This document shows, piece by piece, positions 37,174-45,365 of a stretch of DNA of 64,000 bases. Within the stretch, counting starts at the first letter, position 1. Each line of letters begins with the position of its first letter. The stretch covers positions 160,001 through 224,000 of the forward strand of contig CAVWHO010000021.1 in the NCBI GenBank assembly GCA_963754875.1. Reading direction: 5' to 3'. The notes under the pieces were generated by a model that saw nothing but the letters and a program-made list of their open reading frames with translations, was not told the DNA's origin and did not search any database. The translations under genes and the position numbers were made by a program. The stretch comes from Nitrospirota bacterium (lineage in GTDB: Bacteria; Nitrospirota; UBA9217).

Positions 37174-37729
37174 GTGAATTACCCCGCAGCAGAGCTGCGG
37201 GGCATCCTAAATGCGCTAGAACCTAAAGCCAACTTGCTCATCATGCTGATACCGAATATACTTTCTTATAACTTCTGCCGTTACTTTGTCGCCAACCGAA
37301 CGGACAAAGTAGCCGTCATTCCAGAGTTCTCCTCCCCAAAGTTTTTTCTTTATCTCGGGGAATTCTCGAAACATCATCTTTGCCGATATGCTTTTGATTA
37401 TCTGTACTACCCTCGCTGGAGCATACTTCGGTGGCACAACCAAAAACAAATGCACATGATCATCCATTGCTTCCATCGTATCTATTTCAAATTCATATCG
37501 CTCTGCGATCTCACGAAATATCTCTTTCAGTCTCGTCGTCATTCGATCGCTGAACAGCTTCCTTCGATATTTTGGTATCCATACAAAATGGTACTTCAGA
37601 TCATAGACGCTATGTTTGCTTCTTCTCAATGGGCTCATGGCCCGTATTGTAACAGATTCTCATCCTGACTTCGTCAGGATATCCTTTTCATCCCAGCAGC
37701 AGAGCTGCTGGGTATTTCAGGATGTTTTT
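37174..37729 (-). mobile_element. IS200/IS605-family element, tnpA only, copy 1
   Basis: Subterminal hairpins CCCCGCAGC-AGA-GCTGCGGGG and CCCAGCAGC-AGA-GCTGCTGGG; right end TTCAC; target TTTAT at 37730-37734 (minus). Confidence 0.92.
37216..37638 (-). CDS. tnpA: Y1 HUH transposase
   Basis: YHFVWIPKYRR, DHVHL (HUH), LWNDGYF, KYIRYQ (catalytic Tyr). Confidence 0.97.
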   Translation of the reverse strand: MSPLRRSKHSVYDLKYHFVWIPKYRRKLFSDRMTTRLKEIFREIAERYEFEIDTMEAMDDHVHLFLVVPPKYAPARVVQIIKSISAKMMFREFPEIKKKLWGGELWNDGYFVRSVGDKVTAEVIRKYIRYQHDEQVGFRF

Positions 37730-37920
37730 ATAAAGTGATGTATGCCCATGATCCTGTCCCGATTAATCGGATGACGCCGGTTTATCCTCAATTCAACCAA
37801 ACATACGGCAGCGCCGTCACGAAAAGGACGGTGTGAGCCGCTGCTCCATCTTCCCGGAGTTTGCAGAACTTCAGAGGTCCTGCGAACATCGTTTCCAGGT
37901 CCGCAGCACCTTCCAAGAAG

Positions 37921-39402
37921 CTATTTCCCAACAGTAACGATTTCGCTGGGTGCATAACCCGTCTGGACCGATGGATTGCTCATAAGCGTGAGCGCTCCAG
38001 TCGTCTGGTCGATCGTGTACTGCGAGATGGACGTACCAATGCCCGCGTCATTGTTGCCGCTGGTCGCATAGGCGTACTTGCCCGAGGATTCGATCGCCAT
38101 CCAGGCTACTAATGCCTGCGCTGTCGAGACCGTTCCGTTTGACACGAGCGCTCCGGTCGTCTGGTTAATCGTGAACTGGGCGATAACCCCAGTCGACGAG
38201 GTGAAGATCGGCACATAGGCGAACCTGCCCATGGGGTCAACTGCGATGGATAAAGCATATTGCGCCACCAACGAGACCGTGGCGGGGGTCAGTGGTGAAA
38301 GCATTCCATTTGTGTTGATTTTGTACTGCGAAATGAAGGTGGGATGGACGCCGTCACCATAGTTCGCAACATAGGCATATGTGCCTGAGGGGATCGAGAC
38401 GATCTTGATTTCCCAGGCGTTATAACCCCCCGTCGCCACCGAGGGCGTGGACATTGATGTGAGCACGCCAGTCGTCTGGTTGATCGTGTACTGGGAGACG
38501 GTGTTGGCGGGGCCGTTTGGCACGTAAGCATAATTGCCTGAAGGGTCGATTGCGACAGCGTTGGGACTCGTCCCTGCCGCAACGATGGACGGGGTCATTG
38601 CTGAGAGCGTCCCATCCGTGCCGATCGTGTTCTGACTGACGGTACCCCAAGCACTGTTTGTAACATAGTACCAGGGTTTCGTGGGGTGGACCGCACCGCC
38701 TGCGGGATACGCACCCGCCGTGAAGAACGTAGGCGTGGACAAGGATGTAAGCGACCCGTCCGCACCGATCGCGAACTGAGATATGAAACCACAGCCGTAG
38801 GAACAGCCGGTGATAGGGGTTAGACCATGGTAGTTGCTGACGTACAAATACTTGCCCGAGGGGTCGACCGTGAGGAATCGGGGATCGTACCCTCCTGTAG
38901 AAACCGGGGGCGTGAACATGGGGGTGAGCGCTCCATTCGGGCCGATCGTATACTGAGAGACGTTGCTGTCAGACCAGTTCACAGCGTAGGCATAGCCCCC
39001 TGCCCATAACGCATACATGGTGACATTGGCAGAGCCCATCGAGAAGGCCTTTCCCGGCGTATAGGCCTTGCCGGATCCATCAGCCTTCGTCTGCCATCCC
39101 ACGAAGGTATATCCGGTATATGCGAGGCTTCCCGTATTCGCGGGCACCGTGACAGTCTGCCCGGTCACATAGCTGCTTGAATCAACCGGGACGCTGCCAC
39201 CGGTGGCGCCGTTTGCATTATAGGTCACGGTATAACCGTTGCCACTACTGCTACTGCTACTGCTACTACTACTGCTACTACTACTACTACTACTACTGCT
39301 GCTGCTACTCCCTCCTCCACCACCGCCGCATGTCGCGAATACAATCGTAAATAGAAGAAGCACAAACAATGATATAAACGATGACGTAATGTCCTTTTTC
39401 AT
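37921..39402 (-). CDS. Predicted surface lipoprotein: Gly/Ser linker, InlB B-repeat-like domain, lactonase-type beta-propeller
   Basis: Signal ending FATC-GGGGGG-polySer; YTVTYNANG...GYTFVGW...MYALW; repeated (V/I)DPSG.YAYV...(V/I)SQYTI blades. Confidence 0.82.
   Translation of the reverse strand: MKKDITSSFISLFVLLLFTIVFATCGGGGGGSSSSSSSSSSSSSSSSSSSSSSGNGYTVTYNANGATGGSVPVDSSSYVTGQTVTVPANTGSLAYTGYTFVGWQTKADGSGKAYTPGKAFSMGSANVTMYALWAGGYAYAVNWSDSNVSQYTIGPNGALTPMFTPPVSTGGYDPRFLTVDPSGKYLYVSNYHGLTPITGCSYGCGFISQFAIGADGSLTSLSTPTFFTAGAYPAGGAVHPTKPWYYVTNSAWGTVSQNTIGTDGTLSAMTPSIVAAGTSPNAVAIDPSGNYAYVPNGPANTVSQYTINQTTGVLTSMSTPSVATGGYNAWEIKIVSIPSGTYAYVANYGDGVHPTFISQYKINTNGMLSPLTPATVSLVAQYALSIAVDPMGRFAYVPIFTSSTGVIAQFTINQTTGALVSNGTVSTAQALVAWMAIESSGKYAYATSGNNDAGIGTSISQYTIDQTTGALTLMSNPSVQTGYAPSEIVTVGK
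39245..39327. repeat. Trinucleotide CTR tract plus Gly codons (encodes G6-polySer linker)
   Basis: ctactgctactgctactgctactact... run. Confidence 0.9.
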
Positions 39403-39597
39403 GGTTATTTCCTCCGTCTATTTGATTATACTGATGTTACTTGTCTGCGTTGCTTCTTCTTTTTCCAACTTCTCTTATCTTTGTTGTTCCAACACCTCAT
39501 TTGTCAGCAGTATTATCCGCGAATGCTATGTGCTGATTTGAACAACATCTAATGAACTTCTCAAAGTTAAAAAACTGTTGGTACATCATTTCCTAAA

Positions 39598-40153
39598 GTG
39601 AATTACCCCGCAGCAGAGCTGCGGGGCATCCTAAATGCGCTAGAACCTAAAGCCAACTTGCTCATCATGCTGATACCGAATATACTTTCTTATAACTTCT
39701 GCCGTTACTTTGTCGCCAACCGAACGGACAAAGTAGCCGTCATTCCAGAGTTCTCCTCCCCAAAGTTTTTTCTTTATCTCGGGGAATTCTCGAAACATCA
39801 TCTTTGCCGATATGCTTTTGATTATCTGTACTACCCTCGCTGGAGCATACTTCGGTGGCACAACCAAAAACAAATGCACATGATCATCCATTGCTTCCAT
39901 CGTATCTATTTCAAATTCATATCGCTCTGCGATCTCACGAAATATCTCTTTCAGTCTCGTCGTCATTCGATCGCTGAACAGCTTCCTTCGATATTTTGGT
40001 ATCCATACAAAATGGTACTTCAGATCATAGACGCTATGTTTGCTTCTTCTCAATGGGCTCATGGCCCGTATTGTAACAGATTCTCATCCTGACTTCGTCA
40101 GGATATCCTTTTCATCCCAGCAGCAGAGCTGCTGGGTATTTCAGGATGTTTTT
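39598..40153 (-). mobile_element. IS200/IS605-family element, tnpA only, copy 2
   Basis: Same sequence as copy 1 by eye at offset 2424; different flanks; target TTTAT at 40154-40158 (minus). Confidence 0.92.
39640..40062 (-). CDS. tnpA: Y1 HUH transposase
   Basis: Translation identical to 37216..37638. Confidence 0.97.
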   Translation of the reverse strand: MSPLRRSKHSVYDLKYHFVWIPKYRRKLFSDRMTTRLKEIFREIAERYEFEIDTMEAMDDHVHLFLVVPPKYAPARVVQIIKSISAKMMFREFPEIKKKLWGGELWNDGYFVRSVGDKVTAEVIRKYIRYQHDEQVGFRF

Positions 40154-40190
40154 ATAAAATAGTGGGACGGAATGCCGAAAGAACTTATCC

Positions 40191-40270
40191 TTAGGCAGCT
40201 CGGCCGTCTTGGTCTTTTAAGACCCGTAGCTTTCCGTCCCCCTCTAACAAAGGGTTTGGCTTTATCGTGA
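40191..40270 (-). ncRNA. Cyclic di-GMP-I (GEMM-I) riboswitch
   Basis: Minus strand reads CGATAAAG-CC-AAACCCTTTGTTAGAGGGGGAC-GG-AAAGCTACGGGTCT...AAGACGGCCGAGCTGCC, matching the GEMM-I architecture. Confidence 0.88.
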
Positions 40271-40678
40271 TAGACGATTTATAAAAAAAAATAATGCAAG
40301 ATATGTACGTATTCTGTTATTATATTTTTTTTAAGAAACGAAGGAAAGTCATTCTAAATATTTTACTATTATAGCAAAGAAAGAAAAATTGGGCTTTGGT
40401 ATTTTTTGGGTATTCGCATAAAATAATTATAAGGAGCAAGTTTAACATACAAGAGTACGCAATGCATAATTCTGGATTATCTATTTCGCTTAGAATGCAT
40501 GATCGATTAGATGTTCCTTTAATGCCGCCGAATGGACATATTACGGGGATGAACTGCAGGATTCAGGTTCAGACTTTAAGTGTTTTGGAGAATGGAATCA
40601 TTGACGACTCCAGGATGTATTCATCGGCAGATAATGTTTAGGCTTCTTTCTGCTTGCCTTTTTGCAGAAAGAAGCGAG

Positions 40679-42175
40679 TTGGACTATGCCGCTACGCGCC
40701 TCGCTATGGGATTTCAAACGATTCTTCTTTTTAAATGAGGGTAACGACTACAGTATCGGTTGGGGCATACGACCTGTTACGGGATATGTTCGAGTAAAGA
40801 GCGGTGATTCTGGACGGCGCCGCATGCCCCATTCAGTGGAGGACTATACGGGAATCTGACCTTTTTGACAATAGAAGATCGTTGCGAAGAACAAGGTCGT
40901 TTTCGGGAAGAGATGCAGAGGGCAGTTTTTCGATTCGAGTGATGTTCTCGCTCATGTGCGTGGCGGTCCTTTGCAGCGAGCGGGCAGTATAATCTCCACG
41001 GAGTGCATTCTGCCTTCGCCACATGCAGGGCATTTATTGACGTCGATTCCGGTAAACCGGAGCAAGGCTTCTTGCCACGTTTCGGTCTTTTGTTCCGACT
41101 TGTTCTGATCGGCGCAGGCTCAAAGCTCCCTGCACCGGTCAAGTTTCTTCCTGCGGCACCGGTTGCCCAAAAGGCCGTAATGCCTGATTTTGACGAACCG
41201 GTCAGGAAGGACGTGAAGTAGGAACCCCCGGATGAGCTCATCGGCGTCCACGGTCATGATTTTGCTTTTGTTGTTGTCGGAGTAATCGCGCCACCGGAAG
41301 GAAACCTTGTCGTCCTCCATCTTCACAATTCTGTGGTTGGTGATGCCGGCCTTGGCTTTAGCGTGCTGGAATATCATATGGATCGAGGTAAGCGAAATGT
41401 GTTTGTCCGGCTCCTGCCCTGGAAACAGCCACTGAGAGGGGTGATACTTTTTCCAGTACTGCCTGAGCGCATCGAGTGCGACATTTGACAAGATGGTATA
41501 GCGATCGCGGCCTCCCTTGCCTTGCCGGACGTGTATCAGCATACGTTTGCTGTCGATATCGGCAAGGGTGAGATTCGCGGTCTCGCTTATCCTGAGCCCG
41601 GCGGAGTAGGTCAATATCAGGACAGCTTTGTGCTTCAGGTTCTCGGTGACCTCGAAGAGTTTAAGTACCTCTTCAAGGTCAAGAACGACGGGAAGCTTCT
41701 CTTTCTGCTTGGGATAGGGAATCTTTTCGACCACCCAGCCGCGCTTCAGGGTAATCATATATAGGAAGCGTAAGGCACTGTAATAGATCCGGAGGGTTGA
41801 AAGAGCAATCTTCCGCACTTTCACGGCATGGTGCAAGTACTCCTTAACTTCCTTGGTACCGAGTTGTTCCGGCGGTTTCTTGTAGAGCTTCACAAAATTA
41901 CGGACTTCTCGAAGATATGCCTTTTGTGTCGTTCTACTGAGTCCCCGGAGCTCCATGTCTGCCAACATTTGATCGCGCAACTTTCCCAGGATTGAATCTC
42001 CTTCCGTGTGTCGGATTATCCTGCAGCATGACGCCGATGGTGATACGGAAAGAGATTTTACAGGGGAGAGGTATATTGATCAAGCGTGGGTATTGACGAC
42101 GAGAATACGCAAGGCGAAGGATTTTTCAGCCGTTGTGCCTTGGGGTGTTGGCCACCGCGTAGCGGTTTAGTCCAA
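40679..42175 (-). mobile_element. Internally deleted IS91-like element of the tyrosine-recombinase-carrying type
   Basis: 20-bp inverted ends with 18/20 match (ttggactatgccgctacgcg / cgcgtagcggtttagtccaa) around integrase and transposase remnants. Confidence 0.75.
40952..41989 (-). pseudogene. Tyrosine recombinase N-part fused in frame to IS91-family transposase C-part
   Basis: SAM-like N-domain, YSAGLRISE, QGKGGRDR, then NHRIV...SFRWRDY...FLLHVLPDRFVKIRHYGLL; TGA at 41120, then CPAC tail in frame; CTG at the expected start. Confidence 0.85.
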
Positions 42176-42195
42176 TTCGTGATGTAGCGAGCTAA

Positions 42196-42453
42196 CTACG
42201 CTTCTGGAATTTCAGGCAATCGGTTAAGTGCCTGAACAAACCGATCATGATTATATGGTTCACGGCGATTGACAACTTCGAATATTTCGACGGCGACGAC
42301 ACTTGCGATTAGAAGTTTTGCGTCTTGTTCCGAATGCCCCTCACTAATCAGGCGCCTGTAGGTTTCTTTTGTCTCTGGTGGGTTATTATTTGCAAGTTGA
42401 TTCTCAACTGCTTTTAAAATTGCTTCCCGGAGATTCGGATTGAAGGCTTGCAT
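42196..42453 (-). CDS. Small helical hypothetical protein
   Basis: Clean 85-aa ORF with GGAG RBS; VENQLANNNPPETKETYRRL. Confidence 0.75.
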   Translation of the reverse strand: MQAFNPNLREAILKAVENQLANNNPPETKETYRRLISEGHSEQDAKLLIASVVAVEIFEVVNRREPYNHDRFVQALNRLPEIPEA

Positions 42454-42514
42454 TTTGTCTCCGAATAAGAGTATGCAGTATAAAACTTCATTTACAGACG
42501 GCTAGCTAGGATAC

Positions 42515-42802
42515 TTACGCCGTTTTTTTTGCTTTGAGAGTAATAACAAGCTCTGCATCGAGAGCTTGCGCGATCTTTTTTAGCGTTGACAGGCGGGGCA
42601 GTCCATGAGTTAGTCCCTCAATGCGCGCAACAGAAGATTGAGGCATGCCCGTCTTTTTCGCCACATCGAGTTGAGTCATCTTTTTCCTGAGCCGTTGCTC
42701 CATTATACTCCGAGCTAGCTCGTACTCAGGCTGAAGCTTTTCGTACTCCGTCTTGACAGCTTTGTTTTTCAATAGCTCTTTTCTGTGTTCTTTGTAATTC
42801 AT
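42515..42802 (-). CDS. XRE-family HTH antitoxin (HigA-like)
   Basis: MTQLDVAKKTGMPQSSVARIE; directly downstream of the toxin. Confidence 0.88.
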   Translation of the reverse strand: MNYKEHRKELLKNKAVKTEYEKLQPEYELARSIMEQRLRKKMTQLDVAKKTGMPQSSVARIEGLTHGLPRLSTLKKIAQALDAELVITLKAKKTA

Positions 42803-42848
42803 ATTTATAATCCTTTTCTAGCCAAATAATTCTTCATTCTGGCTTCTG

Positions 42849-43928
42849 CTAGTGTAGTGCGTCCAACGCTTCTTTACTTTTGGCGACCTTGGACAAAATC
42901 TGTTCCACAGGTGCAGTCCATACAAACACCTGCGGATTTTGGTTGTGATTATCGATATAGTTTTTGATAGCATCGATTAATGCTGGCACGTTCCGAAACG
43001 TGCCACGACGTATCCGCTTGTCGGTAATTTCTCGGAACCACCGCTCGACCATGTTCAGCCAAGAGCTCGAGGTCGGGATAAAGTGCAAATGGAACCGTGG
43101 ATGCCGCTTGAGCCAGGTTTTTACGCTGGGATGCTTGTGGGTCCCGTAATTGTCTACGATCAAGTGCAGGTCGAGACCGATCGGGGTCTCTCCATCTATT
43201 TTCTTGAGGAAGCGGATAAATTCTTGATGCCGATGGCGCGGCAGGCAGTCGCCGATAATCGTACCGTCGAGCATGCTGAGGGCTGCAAATAATGTTGTTG
43301 TGCCGTTTCGTTTGTAATCGTGCGTCATGGTCCCACAACGGCCCTTTTTCAACGGCAACCCCGGCTGCGTCCGGTCGAGTGCTTGGATTTGACTCTTCTC
43401 GTCGACACAGAGCACGAGGGACTTGTCCGGAGGATTGAGATAGAGCCCAACAACGTCGTACAGTTTCTCGACGAAGTTTTTGTCGCGGCTGACCTTGAAG
43501 GTTTTGATCAAATGAGGCTTTAAGTCGTGTTGCTTCCATATACGGCGTATTGTGGCTTCGCTTAACCCTTGAGCCTTGGCCATGCTGCGAGTGCTCCAAT
43601 GGGTTGCATTGGGTGGAGTGGTATGGAGGGTGGCTTCGATGACTGCTTGAACCTTCTTCACCGGTATTTTGGGGATACGACCAGGACGGGGTGCATCCTT
43701 TTCCAGTCCCTCCAGTCGAAAAGCCAGAAACCGCTGTCGCCAAAGCTGCACGGTTGGCCGGGAGACACCAAGCTCCTGTGCAATATCTTGGTTCTGTACT
43801 CCATCCACAGCCATTCGGATGATCAGTGCACGTTGTACAAGTCGCAAGGGAAAGCTTTTTCCACGAACCCAGACGTCCAATTTGGATTGTTCCTCAGGAG
43901 ACAAAATAATGGGCGCTGCGCTTTTCAT
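42849..43928 (-). CDS. IS630 transposase
   Basis: HTH, CVDEKSQIQAL, HDYKRNGTT, DNYGTHK, SSWLNMVERWF. Confidence 0.96.
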   Translation of the reverse strand: MKSAAPIILSPEEQSKLDVWVRGKSFPLRLVQRALIIRMAVDGVQNQDIAQELGVSRPTVQLWRQRFLAFRLEGLEKDAPRPGRIPKIPVKKVQAVIEATLHTTPPNATHWSTRSMAKAQGLSEATIRRIWKQHDLKPHLIKTFKVSRDKNFVEKLYDVVGLYLNPPDKSLVLCVDEKSQIQALDRTQPGLPLKKGRCGTMTHDYKRNGTTTLFAALSMLDGTIIGDCLPRHRHQEFIRFLKKIDGETPIGLDLHLIVDNYGTHKHPSVKTWLKRHPRFHLHFIPTSSSWLNMVERWFREITDKRIRRGTFRNVPALIDAIKNYIDNHNQNPQVFVWTAPVEQILSKVAKSKEALDALH

Positions 43929-43986
43929 GATGGCTTAGCATACAGAGTTCCATATCATAAGTCAAGTTATTTATGACGCAGTACAC
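42852..43986 (-). mobile_element. IS630-family insertion sequence
   Basis: Ends GTGTAGTGCGTC / GACGCAGTACAC flanked by duplicated TA within CTAG. Confidence 0.93.
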
Positions 43987-44308
43987 TAGCTCTATCTCTC
44001 GCGGAGGCGTTTTGTCGGTCTTTTTTGTGAACCCGTGCAAAAGAACTAATTTCCGACCGGTAAAGGCAAAGTAGAACACTCGATGAATGTTTTGCCGGTC
44101 CTTAATCCTCATCTCAAAAAGCTTCCGCGATCCGGTTATTGGTTTAACGTATGGTTCTCTAACGTTCAGACCATATTATGTGAGCAAATCAGCTATAAAA
44201 ATGAATTTCGCTTTGCTTTCTGCAGAAAGAGAGTCGATAAAATCTCTAGCCGGCGATTTGCCATTTTCGGCCACGTAGTATTCTATCGACCACTGCATGC
44301 ACTTAGTA

Positions 44309-44326
44309 TATAGCATTATTGCTATA
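44309..44326. promoter_or_regulatory. Putative TA autoregulatory operator
   Basis: TATAGCA-ttat-TGCTATA palindrome 10 nt upstream of the toxin ATG. Confidence 0.6.
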
Positions 44327-44372
44327 ATTTCAATAAAAAAAGTTTACCTTCAACGATTTGGGACAAAGGGCA

Positions 44373-44420
44373 ATAAACTACCCCGCCGCAAGCGGCGGGG
44401 AATTTGATCCAGTGCACCGA
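44373..44420 (-). mobile_element. Single-hairpin IS200/IS605-related mini-element
   Basis: ataaactaCCCCGCCGC-aa-GCGGCGGGGaatttgatcc..., same layout as the IS right end gtgaattaCCCCGCAGC. Confidence 0.6.
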
Positions 44421-44704
44421 TTAAACCGCATAATACCCCTTTCAGCATTACTCCCGGAAGTGTTCCATAATGGAATTGGTCAGTAAACGTGTATGTACAT
44501 TAATACTGGCTCGCCCCAGAGGCCAGAGTGGATAGTGTCAAAACTTTCATGAAAATGAGAGTAGGCCCTATGAAATGATCGTTGGGTAAGGTTAGCGACG
44601 GGGAGCCGGATCATCTAGCGGCGGATTGACCGGCGGCATGGGACGCAACAAATAATAGAAGTCCATTAACGAAGAATCGTTCTTTGAGAATACAAGACGG
44701 AAGT

Positions 44705-45161
44705 TTAAGCGGTGAGGGAAAGAATCTTCGCCCACTTGCCTTGGAGCGTGGTAATTGTCGCAAGCTCTGGCAATTGAACCGATGGCTTGTAGTTTAGAGA
44801 CATGTGAGGGCGGAGAAAGTTGTAATGGGTCACAAAGAGCGTCGTCAGGACCACGGAGCCGTTGTTACTGTTGAAACCGGCCGCAGGCCTCACGTGATAC
44901 TTGTAGGTCCTATTCAAGCGCTCGATGAGCTGTTTAAACGCCCTCCATTCCGTTGACTCGGCATCGAGGTTTTGGAGGCCGATGACCTTGTGGTGCTGGA
45001 TATCGGGATCATCGCCTTCCTGAGCATTCAGAAAATGGATGCCGGCTGGGTAGGAAGGATTGCCGTCGGTCGAGGTTTAGCATAACGACAGCGCCGGAGA
45101 TATTCCGTGCGAATAGAGCCGCCCCCGCCTTCTGCGTGACTTCTAAAAAACGCTCTGTCAC
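44705..45161 (-). pseudogene. DDE transposase remnant (internal deletion)
   Basis: TDGNPSY...FKQLIERLNRTYK...HYNFLRPH C-terminal portion only. Confidence 0.75.
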
Positions 45162-45365
45162 GTGGTTGCCCCTTTCTCTTTCATGTCAACAACGACCCTG
45201 AATCCTTTGCTCAATCATAAAAGCATCGTTTATTATGCTTTGAATCATGCTCTAAACGATTCAAGCAATATTCTTCAATCCGATCCAATTCTGGTCCCTG
45301 TCATGGCCAACCTACAACTATTGATATTTTTGATGAGCGGCAACTTATCGAATACCGGTTGTACA

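Larger units (their letters stand above)
42805..44298 (-). pseudogene. RelE/HigB (Gp49-like) toxin with nonsense codon and IS630 insertion
   Basis: MQWSIEYYVAENGKSPARDF...LLT*YG...LFEMRIK...LLHGFTKKTDKTPPREIEL|AEARMKNYLARKGL*. Confidence 0.88.

Noticed and set aside
37174..37668. Plus-strand 164-aa ORF MNYPAAELRGI... and its copy at 39598
   Set aside because: Antisense shadow of tnpA that starts in the IS end hairpin; no recognisable domain
39239..39541. Poly-Leu ORF
   Set aside because: Antisense reading of the polySer tract
37174..40153. TnpB/IscB or omega-RNA system
   Set aside because: Only about 40 nt lie between the tnpA stop and the right end; no nuclease ORF
40296..40312. Sigma54 promoter upstream of the riboswitch
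   Set aside because: Reads CG-N10-GC; the invariant GG is missing
41120..41122. TGA as selenocysteine readthrough
   Set aside because: Not at a Cys-equivalent position, no evident SECIS, and the gene is otherwise decayed
41120..41989. The recombinase as the island integrase or as IntI
   Set aside because: Not adjacent to an att site or to the cassettes, lacks catalytic residues, and sits within its own inverted repeats
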